Made by a program: the position numbers and the translations under genes. The notes beneath the pieces are model-generated. The model had not been told where the DNA came from. It saw only the letters and a list, made by a program, of their open reading frames with translations, and ran no database searches. Below are positions 20,642 through 30,985 of a DNA stretch of 64,000 bases, piece after piece; the stretch's first letter is position 1; every line of letters starts with the position of its first letter. Source of the stretch: a bacterium (GTDB lineage Bacteria > Patescibacteriota > Minisyncoccia > Phycocordibacterales > UBA6899); NCBI GenBank assembly GCA_043756865.1, contig JAYUQG010000025.1, positions 921 to 64,920 of the forward strand, written 5' to 3'.

Positions 20642-21184
20642 TTATACGACAATCGCGTACATCCACGAGTCGCGATAGCGTCCATCCTTCAGCCATTCCT
20701 TGCGGTGAATTCCTTCAAGGGCGAAACCTGCTTTCTTCAATACTGACTGCGAAGCGTAATTCCCGTCATGGGTATACGCCCAGATGCGCAGAAAACCACA
20801 CTCGCGAAGCCCGAATCGCACGAGCATACGCACTGCCTCAGCCATGACGCCGCGACCTTGGAAGTCCTGACCGAGCCAATAGGAAAGCTGTGCTTTGTGA
20901 CCCTCGATATTGATGAACGCCACCGAGCCAACGAGTTTGCCGTCGACATCGATAGCGAAGTCAATTCGCTGCGCAAATCGATTTGTGCGCTCACGACTCA
21001 AGTGTGTTATCCAAGATTCGGCATGCACCAGCGTGTACGGATTTGGCACATTGGAGACACGGTCGGCAATGTGCGATGAGTTAATTTGTGCCACAAGGTC
21101 AGTCGAATCGCTTTCGCGAAACGGGCGGAGTGCGAAGCAGCCTTGTGCCTCAACTAACTCAGGAAGAGTTTCCAGTGTAAGCAT
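20642..21184 (-). CDS. GNAT family N-acetyltransferase (RimJ/RimL-like)
   Basis: Acetyl-CoA-binding GQDFQGRGVMAEA and RimJ-like layout. Confidence 0.8.
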   Translation of the reverse strand: MLTLETLPELVEAQGCFALRPFRESDSTDLVAQINSSHIADRVSNVPNPYTLVHAESWITHLSRERTNRFAQRIDFAIDVDGKLVGSVAFINIEGHKAQLSYWLGQDFQGRGVMAEAVRMLVRFGLRECGFLRIWAYTHDGNYASQSVLKKAGFALEGIHRKEWLKDGRYRDSWMYAIVV

Positions 21185-21235
21185 CAGGGGCCTTTCGGAA
21201 GTGAAGTTCTATAAATACGATGCACTATTTTTCGC

Positions 21236-21264
21236 CTTTTGTCAATTGCATGTATTGACAAAAG
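21236..21264. promoter_or_regulatory. Palindromic candidate operator in the divergent GNAT / USP-CDF promoter region
   Basis: cttttgtcaat-tgcatgt-attgacaaaag: 11-bp perfect inverted arms. Each arm carries a TTGACA-like hexamer facing outward. Confidence 0.4.
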
Positions 21265-21325
21265 CCAATTAGTGTTTTAGTTTTTGTATATACGTTCTTC
21301 TCATTTCTGTCATGGAGACACACGC

Positions 21326-22105
21326 ATGAATACTCAGTTTCCAAGGTCGGTACGGGTGATATTCGACGAGTTTGGCCCCCACGTCCCCTACGCGGTAAAT
21401 CTCGCAGAACTGCTGCAGGTTCCTATCGAGGTCTTTGGACCGCTTCCTGATGCCACACTATTGGCAGGTGGCGCACTCCAACATCGTGCCCCACACCAGC
21501 TCCGCGCAGTCATGCATCAGCGTATCGGGGCGCACGTGCGGGCACTGCTCACTGGAAAATCCAATATCGACGTGCGAACGCACATCGAAGACATGCGCTT
21601 GGGAGACGGCTATATTGTTGTTTCCTGTGCAACGGACACACACCAAGATGTTCCGGTGCTTTCCCCCGCGGGAGAGCGGAGTGTGTTTCGTGAAACCAAG
21701 GGTCCGATTTTTGTCCCCCTCGGTGATGGGCCCTCCGGATTAGTTGGTGCGACGCAGGGTATCAAGGTTGCGGCACAACTCAACACGCCAATTGTGTTTT
21801 GGCATACCACGTGGCGTAACGCCAGAGTGACGGACGACGAACCGCGACTACACATCACAGTAAGTGCTGAGCAAGTTATCGCAAATGCGGAAGCCCTTGC
21901 GAGCGCTGCGGGAATAGCCTACTCCACACAATGTGTTTGTGCTGACGATGTGGTACAGGGAATCATTCGCGCTGCGCAACATGTCGGTGCCTCACTTGTC
22001 GTTATGGCTCGTGGAGGCCACAAATTATTCGGCACCTATACGGACCGTGTGCGTGCGCGCAACTGCCCCATTCCGATGCTCATGATTCCAGAGGAGACGA
22101 AATGA
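21326..22105 (+). CDS. Universal stress protein family protein (tandem/extended)
   Basis: C-terminal GASLVVMARGGHKLFGTYTDRVRARNCPIPMLMIP is a typical USP end. Start chosen at MNTQF. Confidence 0.65.
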   Translation: MNTQFPRSVRVIFDEFGPHVPYAVNLAELLQVPIEVFGPLPDATLLAGGALQHRAPHQLRAVMHQRIGAHVRALLTGKSNIDVRTHIEDMRLGDGYIVVSCATDTHQDVPVLSPAGERSVFRETKGPIFVPLGDGPSGLVGATQGIKVAAQLNTPIVFWHTTWRNARVTDDEPRLHITVSAEQVIANAEALASAAGIAYSTQCVCADDVVQGIIRAAQHVGASLVVMARGGHKLFGTYTDRVRARNCPIPMLMIPEETK

Positions 22106-23331
22106 TGAACCGCACAATTTCGTGGTTTAATCCGTCAGTCGTCCTCACCATCGGAATTATTGCCTGTCTTTTGCGGGTGCTCATGAAGCTTGGTGTTGGG
22201 TTTGAAGTGAACTCACCACTCCTAATCGGTGACGGCTTCCACAATATCAGCGACGTCGGATACGAACTCGCGGCACTCTTCATCCTGTGGATTGTGCATT
22301 GGAAACGCAATGTTATGCATGCGGGCGAAAACATGGGCGTCATGTTTCAGTTCGGAATTGTGTGGCTGATGGTGTTTCTTGCACTCTACATCGGGTACCA
22401 GTCCTTCCTTGGACTGTTCCCCTGTCCTTCGTGCGAAGCGAGTGTACGGAGCGTCTTCCCGTTTATTCCCGAATTCAAGCCGCACAACGAAGACGCATCG
22501 GCATACGGAATGATTATGCTGGCACTGGTATTATCGATTGCCATCTCATGGTACTCGAGCAGTTACCACATCAAGGCCGGCGAAGCGAGCGGCTACGGCA
22601 CCCTAATCACCATCGGCAAGGAAACCCGCAGTGACATGATGATCGAGTGTTCTATTCTCGGCGGCTTTGTCGGGGAATTCCTCTTCAATGCACCGTGGAT
22701 TGAGTATGTCTTTGGCATCGCGGTGATGTTCCTCATCTTGCGCACGGCATGGGAACTCTTTATTGAAGCAAACAACACCTTTCTGCAGGTTTCTATCGGT
22801 GATACGTTCGTTCGCGGTGTGACCACCTTGGTGCAGTCTAGTTATGGAATCGAGCGGATCGTAAAGCTCGAGACATACCCCGTGCTCCAAGTCGCACGTG
22901 TGAAAGTCTGGGTTGAAACCCGCGGAGGCGCCGAGGCCAACGAAGATATCCGTAATGCACTCGAGAGTCGCATCTGCAATTTTGCACACGAACAGGGATT
23001 CGCAGAATGCAGACCGGACATTTTCTTCACCATGCCACACAACGATTGGCACCGCATCGTCTTTGCGCTTTGGAAAAACGCAGGCGTCCAAGTCGTTGCA
23101 CCCGGTATTGCGAGCGCGACACATTTGCGCGTGTGCGACGTGGAGCATGGTGAAGTCGTAAGTGCCGAGGACATCGTGGCACCAATGGATACGCAGGCAC
23201 TCACGCAACTCCTCCAAGCGAAACATGTACGCAGCTATCGCGCGTTTGATGAATTACCCGCAGCCGTTAAGGCTCTTGCAGATGCGGGAATTGAGTACAC
23301 GCAAACTCCCACGGTCATGCCTCCTCGCTAA
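22102..23331 (+). CDS. Cation diffusion facilitator (CDF) family metal efflux transporter with cytoplasmic C-terminal domain
   Basis: IGDGFHNISDVGYELAALF signature in TM2. Six TMs plus a C-terminal domain. ATGA overlap with the USP gene. Confidence 0.75.
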   Translation: MMNRTISWFNPSVVLTIGIIACLLRVLMKLGVGFEVNSPLLIGDGFHNISDVGYELAALFILWIVHWKRNVMHAGENMGVMFQFGIVWLMVFLALYIGYQSFLGLFPCPSCEASVRSVFPFIPEFKPHNEDASAYGMIMLALVLSIAISWYSSSYHIKAGEASGYGTLITIGKETRSDMMIECSILGGFVGEFLFNAPWIEYVFGIAVMFLILRTAWELFIEANNTFLQVSIGDTFVRGVTTLVQSSYGIERIVKLETYPVLQVARVKVWVETRGGAEANEDIRNALESRICNFAHEQGFAECRPDIFFTMPHNDWHRIVFALWKNAGVQVVAPGIASATHLRVCDVEHGEVVSAEDIVAPMDTQALTQLLQAKHVRSYRAFDELPAAVKALADAGIEYTQTPTVMPPR

Positions 23332-23338
23332 TACACAA

Positions 23339-23360
23339 CCCGCCCACCGGCGGGTTTTTG
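23339..23360 (+). terminator. Rho-independent terminator
   Basis: cccgcc-cacc-ggcggg followed by TTTTTG. Confidence 0.65.
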
Positions 23361-23430
23361 TTTCGCGCGAAGCGCCTGCATTGGCGCGTAGCGCTGGAAA
23401 AGTGAGTCTGCGAGCGACAACGCCAAATAG

Positions 23431-23452
23431 CAAAAACCCGCCGTGTGGCGGG
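23431..23452 (-). terminator. Rho-independent terminator for nadE
   Basis: Minus strand: cccgcc-acac-ggcggg followed by TTTTTG. Confidence 0.6.
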
Positions 23453-23459
23453 TTGTGTT

Positions 23460-25439
23460 TCAATCAGGAAGTGCGTCAATCGCAGCGAGTGACCCATTCA
23501 GCCACTCCATTGATTTAACGATGGGCATCTGGATTGCGCGTTCTCGTTCAAGGTCCAAGGAGCCAAGGTGTATGGCGGGTGGCGAGACAACCCACTTGAA
23601 GGTGGTGTTGTAGCTCATCTTCACAAACCCTTTCACCCACTTCTTGAGGAGTCCCTTTGTGTAACCAGGATAGACGCGTGCGAGATCATCGTCACTCCAC
23701 ATGTTGCGCACGATGCCATACACCTCGTGTGGCATCAGTTTCTCGCCGTAGAAGAGTTGGATGCAAGCATCCAAGACTTCAATCGAGCCGATGTCATCTT
23801 CATCGCGCTGGTCATCCGCAAGCTCTGCGGATTCTTCCGACGCTATGAGCGAATCCAGTGACGCAAGGTTGTGGCGAGTCTTTCGCAGGTGCGCAATCAA
23901 GGCACGCACGACTGTCTTCGGGAGATTCCCCAACAGCGAATATGCGCCTGCAGTGAAGTCGCCGCCGACAGTGCCGTACCCAAGCGCCTTCTCAGTCATG
24001 TTGCCGCAATGGACAAGCAATGAGCCGTCTGCGTTCGAAAGGTTCTGCATGCGTGTCATGCGAATGCGCGGCATGATGTTCTGCACCGCAATACCCGAAG
24101 GCTCAACTCCACCCAGTTGCGCACGGAGTTCAGCAAGTTCACGCTCGAACGCTTCCTGGATAGGACGCTCTTCAAACTGCACTCCAAGCTCTTCGCAGAG
24201 GTCGCGCGCGATCGACTTAGTGATCGTCGAGTTGAACCGGCTCGGCATTGATACACACTTGATGAAATTGCGTATCCAATCTTTCTTGTGTGGAAGATTC
24301 TTGTATCTTTTTTCCGCATACAGATACACCAACAAGAGTGTCAGGGCCGAGTCGCGGCCACCCGAAAGCGCGATGAGGGTCGATTTGAAGACTCTCGACT
24401 TTTCGAAGTACCCTTTGTACCCGAGCACCATCGCTTCGATGAGTTCTTCGAAGTACTCTTCGCGAGGTGTGAGCACAGGACCCTCCGCAAGCGACGGGAT
24501 CATGAAGCTTTTCTGGCTCGGGATTGGGTACTTGTAGGACGGATGATTCGCAGCGGGACCTGAGCCGGAGAACGAAATCAGCCGCGGTTGGGGCATGCCT
24601 GAGCGACGCGCTTCTTCCGCATCGATGCGACGTGTCGTGTTGGCGCTGCGCGAGAGCCGTGTGCGGTCGAGGTCCACAACCTGTGTCCACACACCTTCGG
24701 TCCAACGCACTGCTTCGAAAATCTTCTGGCCGTTCTGGAAGACAAATCCGCCACCGTCTAAGACGAGTGCGTCCATGCCACCAATTCCGTTCACGTACAG
24801 CAAGGTGCAGTAGTTATCGGACGAACGCGTCGCGAGCATTTCACGTCGCGTGCCAATGACACCTGCGCGCCACGGCGAACCGTTGATGCTTATGGCGACC
24901 TCGGCACCCGCATATGCGCGACGCTTCATGGGGCCGTCAGGCGACCAGCAATCCTCGCAAATTTCGACTTCCATCTTTCCAAACGGGAACTCGAAAATGA
25001 GATCACCAAAGGCAATGCCTTCGATCTCGCCATACATGCCGGGGAATCCCCGCGCAAAGGTGCGCATGTCGTAAAAGACACCGTAGGTCGGAAGCTTTTC
25101 CTTCGGCACAATGCCGAGGATGCGCCCATTGTTTACTACCGCGGCGCAGTTGTAGACAGCGTCGTCGTAGAACACTGCAAGGCCAAACACAAAGACGGAG
25201 TCGAACGCTTTCGTATCTGCGGCAAAGCGTTTGAGATACTGCCACTGCAAGTCCACGAAGCCCTGCCAGTGCACAAGGTCTTCTGCGGGATAGCCGCACA
25301 ACACCATTTCGGAAGTTGCGACAATTGTCGCATTTTCCTTTGCGGCCTTGAGTGCAGCGGAAAGCACCGCGTGGTAGTTCGTTTCCATTGCGCCGACAGT
25401 AACGTCGACATTGAGTCCGGCAAGTTTGATGAGTCTCAT
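23460..25439 (-). CDS. nadE: Glutamine-dependent NAD+ synthetase (N-terminal CN-hydrolase + NAD synthetase domain)
   Basis: N-terminal nitrilase-like domain. LIALSGGRDSALT PP-loop. Start at MRLIKLAGLN with GGAAGG RBS. Confidence 0.9.
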   Translation of the reverse strand: MRLIKLAGLNVDVTVGAMETNYHAVLSAALKAAKENATIVATSEMVLCGYPAEDLVHWQGFVDLQWQYLKRFAADTKAFDSVFVFGLAVFYDDAVYNCAAVVNNGRILGIVPKEKLPTYGVFYDMRTFARGFPGMYGEIEGIAFGDLIFEFPFGKMEVEICEDCWSPDGPMKRRAYAGAEVAISINGSPWRAGVIGTRREMLATRSSDNYCTLLYVNGIGGMDALVLDGGGFVFQNGQKIFEAVRWTEGVWTQVVDLDRTRLSRSANTTRRIDAEEARRSGMPQPRLISFSGSGPAANHPSYKYPIPSQKSFMIPSLAEGPVLTPREEYFEELIEAMVLGYKGYFEKSRVFKSTLIALSGGRDSALTLLLVYLYAEKRYKNLPHKKDWIRNFIKCVSMPSRFNSTITKSIARDLCEELGVQFEERPIQEAFERELAELRAQLGGVEPSGIAVQNIMPRIRMTRMQNLSNADGSLLVHCGNMTEKALGYGTVGGDFTAGAYSLLGNLPKTVVRALIAHLRKTRHNLASLDSLIASEESAELADDQRDEDDIGSIEVLDACIQLFYGEKLMPHEVYGIVRNMWSDDDLARVYPGYTKGLLKKWVKGFVKMSYNTTFKWVVSPPAIHLGSLDLERERAIQMPIVKSMEWLNGSLAAIDALPD

Positions 25440-25570
25440 GGAATATTCCTTCCGATGATTAATTAACAAAGAGCAATCACTCGTTGAGCACTTTATGTGT
25501 ATACAGTGCTCAATAAGTGGGCGGAGCATGTATTGCTACATACTCCGCCAAAAAACTTCTCGTGAAAAGA

Positions 25571-26911
25571 TCAGACGATGACCGCTTGTGTGATGCGATC
25601 TTCGCCGCCAAAGATTTCGACGTAACGTGCGACCTCATCCTTCGGGCCAGTAGCCTTTGTGATGTTGTCCGAGAGTTTCACGCACGGACGACCGTTGGCT
25701 TCGACGGCCTTGCACACGAGCGAGAACGGTTTGTAGACCTCGCGCCACGTGAGTGGCGAAAGTCCCGGCACCAACTCGTCGGCGCGCGGATGCAGGTCGG
25801 CGAAGTTATTGGTGAACATGGTTCCCTGAAGGAAACGTGTCTTGATTCGTCCGCGAAAGTGCCGCTCGATCTTGTCCATCGTGTCGGCCTTGTTGCCGTC
25901 GCTAAAGATGATCATCTTCGTCTTCGGGTCGATGCCGCGCGACTCGTACGCAGGGATGACAAGCTCATCACCAAACGTAAACGGGCTACCCGAATCATGG
26001 CGGTTTGTATGCCAGTTGTGCATGAGCCAATCCGGCGCATCACGATAGAAGCTCTTCGACATGAAGGTGTCCGGGAGTGCGACACCAAGCGCAGGGCCGT
26101 AGAGTGCGTCCCACTGGCGTAGCACCTCGTAGACCATCACAATCTTCGCATCGTTTCCGTCGACGAGCGCGTTCGTCACCATTTGCAGTTCGTGACCAAA
26201 TGTACCGCCGGGCACCATGTCATACTTCATCGCCATCCACACGTTGGATGTGCCGATGAGCTGACTACCGAGCACTTCCTTGCCGGCACGCAGGGTGAAC
26301 CGTTGCCAGTCAAAACTGTGTCTGCGACGAGTCCCACCCTCCAAGAGGATGATGTTCGGGTTCGCCTTGATACGGTGCAACTCTTCGTAATGCCGAGCTG
26401 TGGCGCGAGCGTAGACGACCTCGAGGTCAACGCGGCTCATGCGGCGCTCAAGCGAGAAGAAGTACAGATCCATGACGATGGCCATGGCGTAAATTTCCCA
26501 CATGCTCGCATGTGGCCAGTCCGACGGAAAACGCAGACGATACTGGTTGCCCTCACGACGTAGCTCGTAGTTTCCTGCACCGACACGAAAGTCGCGCAGG
26601 AACTCCAAGAACTCGTCGCTGAACATGTTGCGGTTCAAGACGTTGATGCCGCGGATGTAGGTCATGTCAGTGAGACTCGGACCGACATCGCACATGGCAT
26701 CCAGTGCCGCACGAAGTTCCGTCTCGTCGACGATTTCCGCGACCGGAATGTGGTGTTCGCGATTGATGAGCTCAAACGTGACGTTCACTTCCTTGTAGTA
26801 CTTCCAGATGAAGTGCAGCATCGTCAGCTTGTAAAAGTCGATGTCCGTGAACTTTTGCACGGGACGATAGGGACGTTCAGCGTGAAGCACGCGGTCAGCA
26901 AAGTCAGCCAT
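25571..26911 (-). CDS. pncB: Nicotinate phosphoribosyltransferase
   Basis: DFYKLTM signature near the N-terminus. About 445 aa. RBS AAAGGA. Confidence 0.85.
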   Translation of the reverse strand: MADFADRVLHAERPYRPVQKFTDIDFYKLTMLHFIWKYYKEVNVTFELINREHHIPVAEIVDETELRAALDAMCDVGPSLTDMTYIRGINVLNRNMFSDEFLEFLRDFRVGAGNYELRREGNQYRLRFPSDWPHASMWEIYAMAIVMDLYFFSLERRMSRVDLEVVYARATARHYEELHRIKANPNIILLEGGTRRRHSFDWQRFTLRAGKEVLGSQLIGTSNVWMAMKYDMVPGGTFGHELQMVTNALVDGNDAKIVMVYEVLRQWDALYGPALGVALPDTFMSKSFYRDAPDWLMHNWHTNRHDSGSPFTFGDELVIPAYESRGIDPKTKMIIFSDGNKADTMDKIERHFRGRIKTRFLQGTMFTNNFADLHPRADELVPGLSPLTWREVYKPFSLVCKAVEANGRPCVKLSDNITKATGPKDEVARYVEIFGGEDRITQAVIV

Positions 26912-27010
26912 TTGGCGTTCCTTTCGGGTTGGAAAAAACACAGTATCTTTTAAGAAACTACATCATTTTTACTGTTTTGTCAATGCTATTCCCTCTTCAA
27001 TTTCATAGAG

Positions 27011-27045
27011 CTGTATCTTAGTGTATTTTATACACTAAGATACAG
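27011..27045. promoter_or_regulatory. 35-bp perfect palindrome (16-bp arms) upstream of pncB-nadE; candidate operator
   Basis: ctgtatcttagtgtat-ttt-atacactaagatacag. Its 21-nt core cttagtgtattttatacacta recurs at 31917-31937. Confidence 0.55.
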
Positions 27046-27124
27046 AAAGTCAAGTAATTGGGGTACAAAAAAACAGGGGACGAATCCCCTGTTGGTTAAC
27101 GATGCAAAAGAGCTTGTTGTTGAA

Positions 27125-27904
27125 TCAGGCGCCGAAGCCGCCACCAGCCGTCTGGCTGAACGCATTCGCGCCTTGTGAGGCACGCACTGCGGATTGGGAA
27201 AACACGGCGAACGCCTTGCGGATTTCAGTCTCGGAGTTACCGGGAGTGAGAATCCACTTGGCATCGATGCCCATCGAGGTGGCAACCTTGCGGAAGTCGG
27301 TGTGTCCGTCGTCGATACCCATGAAAGCGACGATGTGCGCTTCCGACAGGCCGTTCACGACCTTCGCGACATCACTCGGCTTCTTGTACCGCTGCGAGCC
27401 GTACTCGGCACCGTCGCAAACGATGAGGGTCGCCGAGCGTGCGGAACAGCCACCATTCTGGAACTCCTGCGACTTGGCGACGACGCCGCCGAGCGTGACG
27501 ATCGACTGATCGTAGAGTGGGGTCGAGCCGAAAGCTTCGTAGTTGTTCTGGTCGAGGTCGAACGCTTGGTCGATCGGCGTGTAGGGCATGAGAATCTTGC
27601 CGTTCAGGTAGCGCACGCAGATCAGAATGCCGTTGCACTGCTTCGAGTCGGCAAGCGACTTGCGAACCAAGTTGCAGCCATTGCGAACCACTTGCTCGTT
27701 GCCCGACTGGCGAATCGAGCCGGAGTCGTCGACGAGGAGCGTGACGAGGAAAACTTCCGACGCATCGACATCGTCGACCGAAATACCGAGGCCGGCCTGG
27801 ATTTGCTGACCGAGGTCAGGGATGGCGAAGACTGCGGCTGCCGCTGCATCAAGGGCACCTTCAGCGACTGCTGTGCCGAAGAGGGTTTGAACATTCTGGG
27901 ACAT
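27125..27904 (-). CDS. von Willebrand factor type A (vWA) domain protein
   Basis: MIDAS motif LLVDDSGSI with downstream Thr and Asp positions. About 180-aa vWA fold. Confidence 0.75.
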   Translation of the reverse strand: MSQNVQTLFGTAVAEGALDAAAAAVFAIPDLGQQIQAGLGISVDDVDASEVFLVTLLVDDSGSIRQSGNEQVVRNGCNLVRKSLADSKQCNGILICVRYLNGKILMPYTPIDQAFDLDQNNYEAFGSTPLYDQSIVTLGGVVAKSQEFQNGGCSARSATLIVCDGAEYGSQRYKKPSDVAKVVNGLSEAHIVAFMGIDDGHTDFRKVATSMGIDAKWILTPGNSETEIRKAFAVFSQSAVRASQGANAFSQTAGGGFGA

Positions 27905-27970
27905 GGAGATTCCTTTCGAGGGTTTGGGTGAGGGAGCGTAGTTGTGTTGCGCTCCCTTGGGGTTCGGAAA

Positions 27971-29020
27971 TCAGGCCTTGAGCCAGCTCGCCATCGGGTC
28001 GGTCGAGTTCACGATGTTCATGCCGAGTGCAGCATATTCATCGAGCGCCTTTTCCGCCTGCGAGGTGAAGTCCACGAGCCCAGGGACCACCACCGACGAC
28101 GTGCAGTCACGCAGGACGTACACCTTTTGTGCCAGCGCCTTGTCCTTGACGAGAATCTCTTTGACGAGATCGTCGATCGAAGACTTCACGCAGTGCGAAG
28201 CAGCTTGCCCGGCGATGATGACCGCGTCGTAGTCGAGCAGGGTCTTCAAGAGCGAAACGTTGCGTTGAGCAATCGCACCCTTCTGGTCGTACCGTTCGGT
28301 GACTTCGGGTCCGAAGATCGAGTAGTTCTCGGTCAGCGGGTTGCCGCCCTTCACTTGCGGGCTGTTCTGTGCGCCGCGCACGTACGAGTGGAAGAGACGC
28401 GCTTCTTGCATGAGGCCGACGAGGTTGTGACCCTCAGAACCGAGAATGCAGTGCTCCGGCCAGATGTAGAGCATGTACTTGCCCGTGTGTCCGCCTTCGA
28501 CGACTTTCTTGCAGTAGAACTGCACTTGCTTCAGGAGCCACGCGTACGGCACACCGACGATGCCGGCAACGACCGGATTCGGTGTTGCACGACCGGCCGG
28601 TTTGCCTGCGCGCATGATGGTCATTTCGCCGTCGATCATGTCGTGCGGCTGGAGCGGCTTGCCGTTTTCGTCGAGCCAGAACATCGGCGAGAAAATCTGG
28701 AACGCTTCGTGCGTGTCCAATGTCGGGAAGATCGAAGTGATGCTTCCCATCTCGCGGTAGATGAACTCGGTCAGACGACGTGAGTCGTCGATCGCGCCGG
28801 TACCGGAGCGGCCGCCCACATAGAGCGTCCCTTCAGGAAAGCAGAAATCACGTTGCACGTCGATGGGCATGAGCGCGACGCGCTTGCCGTCGTTGACCGC
28901 CTTGGTGATCTTGTTGTCAGCAGCGTATGCAGGTGCTTCCTCGGCGAGGATGCGCGCAGCGGGGTTGTAGTTCCATTTCGCAGCATGTGCTGCCTTGTAG
29001 AAACTCGGGATGTGATTCAT
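27971..29020 (-). CDS. pncA: Nicotinamidase/isochorismatase-family cysteine hydrolase (PncA-like with insertions)
   Basis: IDVQRDFC, TLDTHEAFQIFS (D-H-H metal triad region), WPEHCILGS and AGQAASHCVKSSIDD match PncA catalytic regions. Confidence 0.7.
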   Translation of the reverse strand: MNHIPSFYKAAHAAKWNYNPAARILAEEAPAYAADNKITKAVNDGKRVALMPIDVQRDFCFPEGTLYVGGRSGTGAIDDSRRLTEFIYREMGSITSIFPTLDTHEAFQIFSPMFWLDENGKPLQPHDMIDGEMTIMRAGKPAGRATPNPVVAGIVGVPYAWLLKQVQFYCKKVVEGGHTGKYMLYIWPEHCILGSEGHNLVGLMQEARLFHSYVRGAQNSPQVKGGNPLTENYSIFGPEVTERYDQKGAIAQRNVSLLKTLLDYDAVIIAGQAASHCVKSSIDDLVKEILVKDKALAQKVYVLRDCTSSVVVPGLVDFTSQAEKALDEYAALGMNIVNSTDPMASWLKA

Positions 29021-29080
29021 GAGTCTAGCCTGCCTTTCGAGCGGGTGGTTGGGAGAGGGGGGGGTTGGTGGGAAAGCCCA

Positions 29081-30973
29081 TCATTTGACGCGGATGCGCC
29101 AAATACGGGAAGAGGTGACTGCATAAATGCCGTCGGAACCAAACAGTAGCTTCGTAGACGTATCCACGAAGCGTGCCGTGTCTGCATACGTTTTCGCTGC
29201 ATCGAGTGTCCCTTGCGGGGAACTTTCGACGCGAACGATTCCCTCATCGGTTGTGGCGAAAAGGAGCTTCCCTGTCGCACACTTGCCGTGAATGTTTTCG
29301 AGCCAGGAGCCGTCTCCGCGAGTTGCCTGCGCTGTACCAACCAACGTGCCATCTGATTTCCACATGAACATGTGGTTCGTGAGCACGCCTTGGTAATCGG
29401 TAGTCGCAGAAAACCAGCAATGGTCTGACGAGAATGTCGCAGTCGCGTCGATGAGCACTCCGTTCATTTTCGGGAGACTCACTTCACGTCCGATAGACAG
29501 GTGCTCGGGTTTGAAGAGATGCGCGCGCGTAATCTCGCCTGCTTGATAGAAGACGAAACCGAGATGCTCGGACACCCAGAGCAATGTCTGTCCTTGAAGC
29601 ACCTCGCCGACATTTTCGCCGTACGTGATACCGAGTACGCCACCGTACCTGCGCAGAAACCCGCCTTCGGCTGCGAACACATACTTGCTGTTCGCGTCGA
29701 CGATGGGCACGCGTCCCCGATAGAGGTCTACCGAGAAGCGATGCTCAGGATTACCGGAAGCATTTAGGAGTATTACCGTGCTTCCTTTTGCGATAACGGT
29801 CCGCGAACCGCTCAAGCGGATACGGAATTCCGGATCAATTGCGCCATCGAGGAGTTTTGCTGCCCCCTCACGTTTGTACACGTTGCTTTCGTTGTAGACG
29901 TACTTTGGCACTCCTCCTTGTGTAGTCGCGTAGAGGACGCGACCGAGTGTGTCGATGATTTTCGTTGCTTCCACCTTGTTAGTGATGACTTCGTTGACCG
30001 TCACTTCCGGCTGCGGTTGGCAGCTCGGGCATGAAGATCTCGCGTGCACCTGCTTGCATAGCGGGCACGCCGTGAAGCGTAGCCGCGAAAGCATCTGCAG
30101 AGGAATGCCGTCACGTTCATCGTGCACGAACATCTGCTCGAAACGATGCAGCAAGTCGTCCGGAAGAATTGCGTAATGCCGTGCCGCCTTTGGGTAGCGC
30201 ACTTCAGGTGAAAACACCGTCATGCGACCCCGTTGACGTTCGGAATCCGAGAATTTCTTCGCAGGAGCCTTAGGAATGTGTACGCCGCCATACGGGCCGA
30301 CGAACAAGAGTGCCTGCATGAGCATCACTGCGTATGCGTACCAGTCTGACTGCGCGTCGTGCGGCTTCTTGAGGTCGATGCCGCTCGAGAGGTCACAATG
30401 AGTCGGGTCCACAAAGCGTGGCGTAAAGACCCGCGACAGAAACTTGCCGAACTGCATGCTGTCTGCGTCGACGAGCATGGGGGTATCTGCCCCGTCAATC
30501 ATCACATTGAGGTCATTGAAGTCCCCGATGATGACACTTTTCCGGTGAATGCCGGAAATCAGTTCGTGCAGCTGGACGAGGATGCCAACCATGCGTTGAT
30601 CGGAAATTCCTTGTGCTTCCCGATACTTGCGTTCCGAGTACTTGAGCAGCACCTCCGCACCGGAGAGGAACTTCATCGAATAACCGATGATTGCCCCACC
30701 TTTCGCACCGGTAATAAGTGCGCGTGGACCAACAACTTGGTCGGGTAGCCCTTTGGGAAAGGCAGGCAACTTGAGCTGGTGCTCTTCAATACGTAATTGC
30801 GCCATTTTCTGCGCAACAGGATCGCCAGAGAAGGCGAGGTGCGAGGAAGTTTTGAAGATTTTCCCGACGTCCCCATTAGAAAGTCGATAGATCTCCGCTT
30901 CACCACCCTCACCCACCATGTCCTTGGGATTGAGTCGCTGGTGTGTTCCGTTGAACACCACTTCGATGGCCAT
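29081..30973 (-). CDS. Ser/Thr protein kinase-like domain fused to zinc ribbon and C-terminal repeat (propeller-like) domain
   Basis: Gly-loop VGEGGEAEIY, VGKIFK lysine, catalytic-loop-like IIGDFNDLNVMI, DFG-like VDADSMQFG. Then CPLCKQ...CPSC and repetitive beta-rich C-terminus. Confidence 0.7.
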   Translation of the reverse strand: MAIEVVFNGTHQRLNPKDMVGEGGEAEIYRLSNGDVGKIFKTSSHLAFSGDPVAQKMAQLRIEEHQLKLPAFPKGLPDQVVGPRALITGAKGGAIIGYSMKFLSGAEVLLKYSERKYREAQGISDQRMVGILVQLHELISGIHRKSVIIGDFNDLNVMIDGADTPMLVDADSMQFGKFLSRVFTPRFVDPTHCDLSSGIDLKKPHDAQSDWYAYAVMLMQALLFVGPYGGVHIPKAPAKKFSDSERQRGRMTVFSPEVRYPKAARHYAILPDDLLHRFEQMFVHDERDGIPLQMLSRLRFTACPLCKQVHARSSCPSCQPQPEVTVNEVITNKVEATKIIDTLGRVLYATTQGGVPKYVYNESNVYKREGAAKLLDGAIDPEFRIRLSGSRTVIAKGSTVILLNASGNPEHRFSVDLYRGRVPIVDANSKYVFAAEGGFLRRYGGVLGITYGENVGEVLQGQTLLWVSEHLGFVFYQAGEITRAHLFKPEHLSIGREVSLPKMNGVLIDATATFSSDHCWFSATTDYQGVLTNHMFMWKSDGTLVGTAQATRGDGSWLENIHGKCATGKLLFATTDEGIVRVESSPQGTLDAAKTYADTARFVDTSTKLLFGSDGIYAVTSSRIWRIRVK

Positions 30974-30985
30974 AAGACCTCCCTG

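Noticed and set aside
23568-26563. Plus-strand ORFs within nadE and pncB (e.g. 23761..24537, 25517..26122)
   Set aside because: They are shadows of well-supported minus-strand enzymes.
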